Assembly (NCBI RefSeq): GCF_000150275.1
Contig: NW_002060943.1
Coordinates: forward strand, 6,440,299-6,504,298
Origin: Trichoplax adhaerens
Taxonomy: Eukaryota; Animalia; Placozoa
DNA length: 64,000 bases
Reading direction: 5' to 3'
Shown here: positions 34,201 to 46,800 of the stretch, piece after piece
How positions within the stretch are numbered: position 1 is the stretch's first letter
Layout: each line of letters starts with the position of its first letter
Program-made: the position numbers and the translations under genes
The notes under the pieces: model-generated
Databases searched by the model: none
What the model saw: the letters and a program-made list of their open reading frames with translations, nothing else
What the model was told of the DNA's origin: nothing

Positions 34201-36774
34201 AATTTCTTTACGATGCTGTTTACAGTCCAAACCCTAAATCTCAATTTCCGTCTTGCTATTGAGGTATCAATGCTTTAGTCTAGAATTAATCTGAGACGCA
34301 ATCGACAATCAGTTGATACTTATCCTACTATCCGAAAAACGTGGTCTATAATTGGTTCAGATTTCTATCAACAAATAAGAGCATAGCTTTAGACGAAATT
34401 AGATAGAAATATGATATTTAACCAGTAATTAAGAATTGGATTCAATTCTGCTGATGTTCACGTAATGTTTACGTCATGTACATTTGCAGGGTGCAAGTCG
34501 TTATCATAGACCGGATGTCGCCGGTATATTAGTTCATATCCTGTTCTTGGCTTTATTGGCATATTATGCATTGAACTGATCACTATTTCCTGAGGTTGAT
34601 GACGTCAATGCAAAATCTTAATCTTCATCATCTTGACCATTAATTGATTATGAATACATAACTACTATTCAATACTTAAATAGCACAATGACAGTTAGCA
34701 ATTGATGTTGCGTAATGTATCTGTAGATTTTGAGTTAATTACTATTGCATGCGGTTGTCATATTTGTTATGCTGCAATATGCTAGGTTGTAAAACATAGA
34801 AAAAGCTACTTTGCACACCAGTACTGTAGATATAAAGTACAACACTAAATTTTTTATATATCTACATATTCTAAATTGAGAAATTTAATGCTAGTCTAGG
34901 GTATGATTGTAGGCGTATTTAGATGACTACGTATCTGCATCGCAGCCCTTATCATATTTAAAGGGTTAATCTGTTGCTCTCCATACTTTTAATCCCTATT
35001 TTAGTTATATGATGTATTTATTGATAGCTATATATAGATATACTTACAGTTTCACTTTATTAGGTCAGGTGAAATCCCTATGTATGTATAGAATTTAGAC
35101 AAAGACAATTGACTGAGTAATGGTTTCTGCTATTTCAAGCATACCTACGAATACGCTACAAATTTATAACTGCGTTAACAGTAATTTCGTGATTTTAATT
35201 CGAAGTGTATATTTAAATATTTTAAAGACTATGCATTTTATTTCGATCTCTATTGCCTGCTGCATGCCGGCAACGTTAATTATTATGGGTATATCCTCGC
35301 AGCTTTGAGAGCATATTACCAATGGTAGCGGATCCTTTACCGTTAATACGATAGTAGGAAAGTAGGCAACGTTGATACCACGAATCGATAATCATGAGTA
35401 CGATGGCGGCGCTAGATCTTAGTGAATCAACGGTGTCAAGGATATTACATTTATGATTTAGGACAGTCGAGTGCTGCTAATGTATAATTTTGAAGACAAT
35501 AGCTAGACCCTTAAGTGAGAATGCAAGAATGCAAGACTCCTCGATATCTAGCTGTATGTAGTTTACGTGGTCTAAGTTTTACTACTGTAATATTTAACAA
35601 TAATTTGTAAGTATTAAATTATATTTAACCGCAAGATCCGTCAGACAAATTATTGAATGAGTAGTTCAGAGTAGGGCTAGAAATAGAGCTTTATTACAGC
35701 AATATCTCTTCAGTAATAGATTTATTAAATTGTATTTACGCTATTGACGGACATACATATGCTATAGAAGTTTACCAATTGCGTTATAGAAGTGATAATG
35801 GATATCGAAATGTAAAGGTCAATTTTTTAGCTCATGTTGCAAATAATGAGCACCTCAGATTTCCTTCATCTGTGCTGCTAGTAAGGTTATTCGTTTTTTA
35901 CTGTTAGTTTACTTATATAATCATGTCCTTCATATTTATGAAAAATATTGACGCCGTGGAGGCAACTAGGAAATGGAATAAAAATAATGTTAAAATCTTC
36001 TATTGGTTTATTGCTGTATTCCGTTGTATTTATTAACAGAAAAAAGATAGAAATGATACTTTAACTTAGAAGGAAAATGCAATAGATGAGAAAGATATTT
36101 CTGACATAATTTATTCTTCTCTCTAGTTTTAATCCTACCGAGAGGTATATTTCTGATATATAATGGGAAAGCTCTAGTGCATGACAAAATGGTTCCTGCT
36201 ATATTCTCTTTAAAACAGTTTTCACCAAAATCAAATCTTGCTTGCAGTGATACCCCAAGATTTGATTGCATTAATTGCCACATTCGATATAGCTGAGTTT
36301 CTAATATAAGACGCTATTGCGTTGCTGGTATTAGAAAATATTGATTATAAATAATAAAACAGTCGACGATAATTATCTAAGTATGATACGGTAAAAGTAT
36401 GCATAGTCTGTGTGATATGATAAATTATATACTTGTGACGATACTACCAACTTACTGTGTTGGACATTGACAAAAAAGTAATAATAGTTGAAAAGATACA
36501 TTCGTGCGTAGGATTGATTTTAATTATTTATAGGTGGGAAATTGTTTTTATATTGATCATTCAGGTGTAATTATAAGCCACTTCATTACCATAAACAGGT
36601 TGAGCTAAAAATACTTCAAAAAATTCAGGTAGGAACTCGTGATTCATTCAGGTTCAACAATTAATTATTGTACTTCTACTTCTCTAAAATATCGTTGTAA
36701 AAATATTTTTAAATTCTATTTTGGACTATTATTATGTGAAAATTCAATTTCTTTCTAATTAGATGGAGAGTTAG

Positions 36775-37220
36775 ATACATTTATTACATTGCCATGCTGT
36801 AGCTGCTAATGACGAAAATATGATATCGTCCTATTCGATACTATAGTAAGGGATTGAATTCAAGATTGAGATATTTTTTGATAAAAGAGCAACCGCATAT
36901 CAAAGTCAGCGGTATGAAAAAGATGCAAAGCTTCCCAATTAGGTTCAGTAGTACTATGATAAGCTTGTATTCATAAAATTAGCCCTTCAATAGCGATACT
37001 TTATTACATTGGTATACTGCTGCTGCTCGACGTCGCAAATATGCTAGTTGTCCTATTTCCATACTACTGTATAGCAAGGGATTGCATTCAAGATGGTGTC
37101 ACTTTTTGGTCAAAGAGCAATTGTATATCAAAATGTGCTATATGAAATAGATACAACATTTTACAATCCTGTTTAGTAGTACTATAATCAACTTGTATTC
37201 ATAACATTAGCTATTAAATA
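36775..37220. repeat. Diverged tandem duplication, 2 copies of ~225 bp, upstream of the mega-thrombospondin
   Basis: tttattacattg...gtcctatt...agggattg(a/c)attcaagat...aaagagcaa...atatcaaa...agtagtactat...cttgtattcataa occurs twice. Confidence 0.85.
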
Positions 37221-37293
37221 GTCCAATTTCTGTAGACGAATTAGTGAGAATTAATTTCGCCACTTAGTGACTCTATGATATAGTACTAAGGAG

Positions 37294-37400
37294 CAGTTTA
37301 CCGACAGACAGACTACTTGCAGCGAGGCAGAGATTGGAGATTTGAGATCAGTTTACCGACAGACAGACTTCTTACAGCGAGGCAGAGATTGGAGATTTGA
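37294..37400. repeat. Near-perfect 55-bp tandem duplication
   Basis: cagtttaccgacagacagact(a/t)ctt(g/a)cagcgaggcagagattggagatttga at 37294 and 37349. Confidence 0.95.
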
Positions 37401-37875
37401 TTACAGTACAATGCATCATCATCGGACGCTGGCCAAGTTGTAACATTCCGTGAAGTATTATGCTCTATACCATCGATTGTATCTATAGTGTTTCTACTTG
37501 ATGTTCTCGACTGGCATGTTCTGCTACGATCACAACAGTACAGTACATTACACTAGGCGGTTTTTTTCTGACCTCTACAGTATATGCACTGTACTCACAG
37601 CACCGTCTTGTAGCATGATACTGTATTACCCTGGAGACCGGCTGGCCAGATTACTCACTCACACGTTTCATGATCTCTTCATAAACACTCATCGCTGAAG
37701 AAAAATCAATGCTCATCATCTTCCAAGATTAACTACTACATCAATTTACTTTAAAATTGAGTTATATTATAGTAGAAGAAACAGGCTAGTCGTATTAGCT
37801 AGCGCTATTGTAAGGTAATCGGCTAGATATAGAGTAGAGCGAGTGGCGTTACTGTGCGATCAAACGGCAATCATC

Positions 37876-40800
37876 ATGTCCTCCTGTCGAAATTGGCCTT
37901 TATTAGCCATTTTAATTTGCACTATAGTATCAACAGTCCAATGCCAAACTTATTCAAGTTCTGCTTTCTGGAACGGAAAATATGGAGGTCAGCCCGGTTG
38001 GGTAACCTACGCTACTAGTCCTGAATGGAATGGAATGTACGAGTGGACCGGTGATAGCAACATGCGAGGTTATGATCGACGAGAAAGTGCTTATGGTACA
38101 TCATGTCCTTGTGCTAATAATTGCAATGACGAATTCTTGGATTGTACTAGCGTTACCGGAACAACTTTGTATGTTAATATTGGATTATGAATGTTTTTAT
38201 TATTCCGATCAATCTGTTTTAGATTAGACTTTCTTTTCAATGGATAATATCTGCTAATGATTAAAAATTGATAAATCAATGGTGAAATAGCAATATCTTA
38301 CATATCAGTATTATGCGTGTGCTTTCAGCATTAAATTTTTTTCTTTTCATTTGTAATGGACACGCAAGTAGTTCACGTTACCATTAGTGTATAGTGTGCG
38401 ATATAAATATCTTAAGTTGAAAGTGTCTTTGATTTACCTCTATAATCTACAATTATATACGTAAGGAAGCTGTAGATAAGGATTATACATCCTTTATTAC
38501 ATCATTGACGTGTCAATGCGGCCAATATAATTATTCGCTATGCAATTTAAGCGCAGATTGTTTATACGTAAGACGTTGATATCGTTTATAATTCAGCGTA
38601 CTTATCCCTATGGAAAGTCTAAATCTCGTTTGCAATTCGATTTTTCGTGTTTTTACTTTAAATCTTGATTATTTAAACTTTTAAATTTGGGACTTAGACT
38701 ATTGATAGGAATATACAGTATACTATTATTTACTGTAAATTAATTTGCCTAAAATTTTCGCATTTTTCACTTTATCATCTTTCACCAACAGGGCAATTAG
38801 GAGACAAACTGGTAAAGCTTTACGTGCGATTCCCAAATTTGCCTTTCCAAGTAATCCAGCAATTACATCCTTGTAAGTCGTTTAAAATGAAAACATTTTG
38901 AATACTAGTTGAATACTTAATCGAGTCTAAAAATTCTATGCAGGCTATTATAATATCGTTTAGAAAGTAGACCTGCCTGTGTTCATTATAGCAAAAGCAA
39001 TACACAAATTATCACTTTTACCTGGAACAATTTAAATGATATGAAGGACTAATAATAACTCTGACTCGTTTTAAACTACGCTTAGTATTTATCACCATTT
39101 ACTAACTCAGTATCATGTCTACTTTATGGTGAATATAATAGTATAAAACTTGCTCGATTCATAGAGTGCATTTCACCTATTTGTCGCAGATTTATTTAGA
39201 TAATATTATAGTGTGTGACTAATTTCCGAGATAGTAAAAAAAAGTAAATTATATATTGTGCACCTTTCTCTCGCAACAGGTAGTAGGAACCTTTGACCTA
39301 ATTTTGACAATCGTTCATAAATACTACTAATAACCACTGTATCATCATTTAAGTACAAATTGACAGTATCGACAGCTACAATGATAATAATTGAAGTTCG
39401 ACAAACAATTATGCTTATGTCTCTGATTGTACTTGAACTTTATAATCAAAAACGGTAATTAACGGTTTGTCGTTACTTCAGTTGAAAATTCAGTAATACA
39501 TTAATTTATCTTGCAATCATAATTTCATGAATCGTGATCAATTTAATATTACCAATATTTATCTTTCCAACTAAGTGCCATATGCACTCTATGATCGCCA
39601 AGATAGCATAGTAGGTGTAATTTGCTTGTTAGACTTCATAATCAACGATACGCCTTTTCCTATCTTTTACGCGAACGCTGGTGCTTTAAGGTTTATTACT
39701 TTTATGTACGATAATTAGTCTGATAGCCTTGAAAAGTTACACTAAGATATGGAACATTATATTACTTATTTGAATTTTTTTGTTACCTAACTTCACTATT
39801 TAATTTTGTTGCTGTTGCAATAGAAGCGTTTAGTTAATCATTACAAAATCTTGCAATGTATCATTTAGCGCATTAAAATGGCACCTTTCATTCAATTATA
39901 TGTATCCATGTCGTATAAACTAATAAGAAGTACGCAGATCATCGCTCAGGTTTCTTAGGTTTATAGCGGTCTGCTATAACTATAGCAGAAAAGTGCAATA
40001 CATCAAGAACTAGCGATTGTAATCCATCTTTGAAATATGTTGATTTGAACTCAATCGATAGCTAGCAAGTGTTTAAGGATTCTATGTTGCATGCAGCTAA
40101 TTAATAGATGTTGTAACCGACGTTATGCGGTATACTTCGTTTCTTAGAATTAAATGCTTCACGTTGATTTGGAGTCTGCCTATATCTACGGAGCGTTAAT
40201 ATGCTCCAACGGGCACTATCACTAAATGAATTTTGCGCGATTGCAATGCTACAGACTTTGACTGAGTACAGCCGCTATATCGATATACATACACAAAGTA
40301 ATGTATGCCTACTATTGATACAGTTACTGTTTGTAATATGAAATTAAGTCCTATATCTTCTTCTACCAACTTCGCTACTATAACTGTAAAGATTCTTCTT
40401 CGAATTACCTTGACTAAATAATAGTTTCGATTTCAATCGTAGTAGATCGTTAGATGATCAGAAATATAGATCATTTCATTAATGAGCTGTTCTAGCTCTT
40501 TTCCGTATCTGTAGTACATGAAATTATTCCTACAGGGTTGCATCAGCGTAGCTAATTTTACCATCATTTCAACATGTTTTTCATGTTCAAATGCAACAAT
40601 TTTTCAACGTCGTTATGACGTCAATCGGCGTTGTGGAAACGGCAATTCATATGCAAATTATTTGGTGTATGCCTTCCAGGCTCTTTTCATCCACTTGTTT
40701 ATGTAGCGGTGCCTAAGTAAAGATGCACTGCACAGTACCTTTGTGGTACACAAGCTATGGTCAATCAGGGACTTTAATCTATTTATGCATCTGTACAGTA

Positions 40801-43800
40801 TTATAGAGTTTAGAGTAATCAATAGAACATTGGATAGGACAAGATAAAATTTTTTTTCAAGCGATAATTAATTGCCTGCGCACAGTAATGTTCGAGAGAC
40901 TCTACTGTTCAATTGTACGTCAATTGAATAAAAATTTTAAAATATTATACAGACATGCAGACATACAGACTATAACAATTGCTAGATTATGATAACGAAC
41001 CTAAATACAATATAGTTCATCGATGTTAATTTGCAGCTTGCTTGCTTGCTACTACAGGAAAATATCGGGGACAGTTTGAATATTCATTATAAGTGTAAAT
41101 TTCGCTCATGCTCTTCGAAAAAGAAGCATCTATTGTATATTGACTAATTAGTGATTAGTATGAGTGATATTTCGCTATGAATTAGGACTAGAAGATGAGA
41201 TTGATATCTGCTGTAAATTTTGCTTGCCCTATTCGAGTATCATTGTTAAGGAATTGATCTACGATATTACTTAATTAATTCTATCGGTAATCTGTGAGAT
41301 CTCGTTGATCCTGACATAGCACTCTCATTGTATTGACGGTAAACTGATATTACTTCGATAAAGATTTCTTAATCCTTGCAGGTTGAAACGGAATGTTATG
41401 TTATGATTTATGTAGCAGTAGGGATAGCCAGTTAATAACACTATTTTATAAACAATATTTACCGTAGAATTGATTAAGTGCTATATTAAAGTAAAATTAC
41501 TGCAAATTGAAATTTATACAACCTGTTGATATTTTTATGACTGGTAATTGAGTTAATTATAGCTGCGGACATGCATTGCTTGCCATGACACTTTCCATTT
41601 CGTAATAATATCCTAGTAATAGATAGATATAAATGTAAACTTTGCTTTCAAAATAATGGTCATAATATATTAGCATAAACAATCGTATGAATTATTCGCG
41701 AATGAGTTGTAGGCAAAGTGTTAATGATATCTTTTTCGATACAGGGAAATTATGTGGACCAATATCGATTATATTCATCCCCAGGCATTTGAGAACTTAA
41801 CTGGATTAACGGAAATGTAAGTGTAGTTCTAATGTTGTCGCAAGATCGATTTTTTATTTTTATGTCTTGCCGCCGTGAAGTATAGTTACCTGCTATAGAT
41901 AACACCATATTCAGCTATACGAGAAATTAAACGCAGATGAGCTAATAGTATTCGTCTGATGATATTTTTTATAGAGTTATTTATAAAAATCAGATTAAAC
42001 TCTTTCCGAATATTTCTACGAATATTAATCTTGTCCAACTGTAAGTATCTAAATTTATCCAACTAGTATCGCTGTACTTATTTGTCTATAAATTTGATTT
42101 AAGTAATCATACCTTTATCTGAACTTTACTATTGATGCCAACTTTAGTGACTTAGGGGATAACCAAATCGAGTTTCCTATCAATAATACGCAAGGAACAA
42201 AGTTACCATCGACCCTGACACATTTAATTTTACTGAAGAATAAAATTAATTGGTTCCCTATTGATTTATTGGCCGGATCAAAGCTGCAATATCTGTAAGT
42301 CTATTATTTAAAATGCGGTAGCCAATTTAAACCGTAAATAATGTAGTGTATTGTAATTATGAAATGTAAATGTGTAATATTGTATTTATTTTTTGTGCAG
42401 GAGTTTAAGCTATAACCAAATGACATATTTCCCTGGTCACAAGTTTCAGGATATGACAGATTTAGTATACCTGTAAATCAACGATGTTCATTAGAAAGTT
42501 TTCTATCGCTACCGTTTGATATATTATACTGCAAACGATTAATAATAAATATAACTTCTCTTAATTTAGTGGACTGGATGGAAATAATCTTACTTATGTG
42601 ACTAAAGTTGATTTAGTGCAGTTTTCTGCAGTAGGCCATCCATTGCAGCACCTGTAAGTATACATAGCTGTTGTGAGTCAATTTATGCAAAATGCGAATA
42701 TTGGAATTTTATGTTTTCTGAAAATTTTAAAAATTGCTACACGAGTTAATCTACAATAATATGTATGATCTTATTTCCTGCAGCAATTTAAGTAACAATC
42801 AAATCGATTACCTCGTACCGGAATCTTTTGCTCAGATCCCGAACTTAAGAGTTTTGTAAGTAAAGCTTATTAATTAAGTTTCTTAGATTAAGTAAATCTA
42901 ATGCAATACAAATATGCTTCTTCACATATAGGGAGTTACAAAATAATTTGCTAAAAAGAATCGATCAGAAGGTTTTTTGGAATCTTTTAGAATTGCTACA
43001 CTTGTAAGAACCCTTCAAAATATATATAATGTTGATATCATTATAGTACATTATTTATCTTTAGTTATAAATTTAATCCTCCTCTTTTTATATGGTCTAT
43101 TACCAGGGATCTGTTTGGAAATAGTATTAACGAAATTTCCAGTCAAGCATTCCGGAATCTACCAAAGCTCAGATGGCTGTGAGTTTTAACCTTTGATTTC
43201 CCGTAATTTACGACTAATTATCTAACACAGCTTAATGTCTGAATTTTTTATCCTTTCGATTGCAGAGGTATGCAAGGAAATAGTATTAGCTACGTACTGT
43301 ACGACACCTTCCAACAAGTACCGAGTCTTACTGCAGTGTAAGCACATAACATGAAATTACGTTGAACCTAAAATATTAATGGTGGCTGTAAATCCTGTAA
43401 CTTTGTTACTGATTATATGTTCTCTGTAGGTCATGGAGTAATAATGCTTTGACGTCCTTTCCTCACGCTGCATATGCCCAAGAAGATTGGAATGCCTTAG
43501 TCAGCTTGTAAGACAAAATTACACAATCTTGAAACTTTACGCACAAAATTTTCAAGATATATTGAAAAAATAACGGTAATGTTTTAACTTTATTTGCGTA
43601 CAAAGTTGGATCGACGGCAATTCTATAACTAACGTCAGTCGCTTCGAGTCGAAACATTTCCTAGTTAACAATGGGCCTCATTATGAGTAATGATGTTATG
43701 TTATCTTTCTACCTTTATTCCGCAACAGCCTTCGGCAATTAATATTTTATATTTTATTTTCCACTACAGGTACCAGCTAGTAAATCACGTACCTTTTTCA

Positions 43801-46800
43801 AAACTAAATGTTTTACAAAGCTTGTAAGCGTTTTCACTGTTGCGTTGTGTTTAATTTGGTAGCGATTATTTTAAAGGATGGTTAGTCGATTCCACCTACT
43901 TATCGAATGCTTCTTGAATTCTTTGGTAGATACATGAGATCTAACTCCATAGGAGGAGTTGATAAAACCGAGTTTTGCCAGCTGCAAACACTTCGATTAT
44001 TGTAGGATTTCGATTCTTCTAATATTCATTAGCTTTATCATTTATTTACTTACTGTTTGCGCTAATGCAAGGTTTTTATACCGCTTATTAACACCAGGCG
44101 TCTTGACACCAATCTAATACAAAATTCTACGCTACATTCCGAAGCGTTTGCTTGCCTGCCTGTTCTCAATACATTGTTAGTTGTTGTGTAATTATTTTAA
44201 ATTTGGACGTACTAAATAGGAATTTAATACACTCGACTTTTGCTCTATTTTCTGTAACTTTTTCATGTTATTTATGTATGCAGATCAATGTCATCCAATC
44301 GATTTCAGTATTTGCCCCTTGCAATACAACATCAATGGCGTGTTCCGGCGTTAATAGAACTGTAAGAAGCAAATGACATGAGCTACACATTTCAGTATCT
44401 ATTGAACTCTAAATAAAAGTACTATTATTTCAACTAAACTCGCTTGTAATTACCTTTGATTTACTAGTGACCTGAGTTCTAACAGAATTACCTATTTATT
44501 AAGAAATCATATGATTAACGTCACCACCCTGCAAATATTGTAAGTTCAGTTAGCCATTTAACAAGTGAATATAAAATACTACTATTACAGATGTGTTACA
44601 ATATCGATTAACCTTTCCTCGTTTAAAATTTGTTACGAAATGAATTATGTCAATTCAGATACCATATAGCAAAAAGTAACAATCTCTTTACATTTGGCAG
44701 GTATTTGGACAGTAATCGGATATTAACAATTGAAAATGACACATTTCCAGTCTCACTTGTAACTCTGTACGTACCTCCTCGACGTAAATTGACTTCGTAA
44801 ATTTCGTCTAACATTAGATATGACTATGCCAACTATTTCTTTCGTGAATATAATAAAGGACTGTACGCAAATCGCCTTTCCGTTTAAACTATCATAAATA
44901 TAATTTTTTATTTATCTTATACATAGGCACTTACAGAGCAACCAATTCGACTTTCAACACAAGTTACCATTTACGAATCGCTCCAATTTGGTCACTTTGT
45001 AAGTAGCGATTGCTAGCTTTACGCCTTAGGATATTTTGTACTTAAACTGCTATTATGTATTATTTTGATACTCTGTTATTGTATAGGTACCTACAAAACA
45101 ACCAAATTAGTTACATTCCCAATGATGCCTTTCAAGGATGTACGGCTTTAAGTGATTTGTAAGTTGATGCATGATATCATAGGGCTAATCTATACGAGAT
45201 AATGGTTAATGTCAATAATTTATTATATTCATATAAACATAAGGAATCTGTGTCACTGAAAATTGGTAGCTACAGTATCAATCGATTTAATTCATCATAA
45301 TATTTAATGCTGACTAATATATTCGCAGGAGAATGTCTAATAACAAGATTGGTCGTATACTTTATCCAATGTTTAGAGATACGAAACAATTGATTCGTTT
45401 GTAAGTCTATTCTTTTAACATTCATTCATATTTATCGATTTTAACTTTAGCGTACATAAGTCATAAAACAAGCTATCACCGAAAGGAGTTTTTTAAGAAG
45501 ATTAAAATATAAATTACTCGCCAACATTTATTGTTAGTGTCTTAAATTATGTGACATTCATCATGATCCATGTAGGCATCTACAGACAAACAGAATTGCA
45601 TACATCGAAGACGGCTCATTCACCCATATTAACCGATATCCTGGGCATAGCATGGTTGATTTGTGAGTTGTTATCATGAAATTGAGCCATTATAAATTGT
45701 TAAAATATCCAATGGTAACTTTATTTATGCCATCGAAGAAATCGACCCACTTTTTAATTATAATGCTTATAAAATTCATAGCTTTCTAAATTCCAATGAA
45801 CTAACTAAATTACCAGATGGTGGAGACTGGCATGACTTTGGTGCTACAAACATGTAAGTTGACTTAAGTGCTGACACATAAAATTGATGTTATAAAATGC
45901 CGTCCAAACACTATTTAAAAACCGATATTTAATAAATTATATGTACTGTATCATCTTTCTTGCATTTAGATATTTCCAAAATAACAGAATAAATCACATT
46001 CAAAGTGATCTTTTCAAGAATGTAAAAAGCTGCAACACCATGTAAGTATTAGACTAATTGTAAATTTAATTCTTTGTAACTGAATTGATAATTCAATCAT
46101 ATCGCAGACAAGAACTCATTTGATATTTCTTCCAACATTGCGTGGTTGTAATATCTTATATATTTGTCAAATTTTTATAATAGGAATTTTCGAACGAATG
46201 AGATTTACACAATTGATGGCTACGCTTTTAACGATGTTACCTGCAGCTACATGTAAGTTGAAGGCTTGCTAGATCAATCAGCCGTAGCTAGTAATTTCAT
46301 ATAATCTTCTTACTTGCTAAGTTTAAATTTTTATCATTCCTTAGCTACCTCGATTCAAATATCATTCGAAATATTAGCAGCTACTCTTTCAATACGGTTT
46401 CAACAGTTGACTTGTATGTAATTAATACTTTTCTATTACATTAATAAGCTATTTATACTAAAACATATCTATAATTTTAATTCGAAATTCATGTTCTTTT
46501 GATTTATCAATAAAATTTTACACCTGTAACGTAGTCATATTGACGATATGAAAATGCAGCAAATTCCAACTATGGCCTTCGTCAATTTCGGTTGTAGTGG
46601 CGAATGGTAAATTGCGATAGTGCTACTATAAGAAAATAAAACATCAAGAAATAAAGCATTTGTGAACTGAATTAGTATTAAAGTATTGGAAATTAATTGT
46701 TAATTTTTAGTTACCTCGACAATAATGAAATCCATTATATTGCTGAAGACGCTTTTGCCCCTCTTACAGCTGGCAGATTGTAAGTTAACTTGAATATGAT

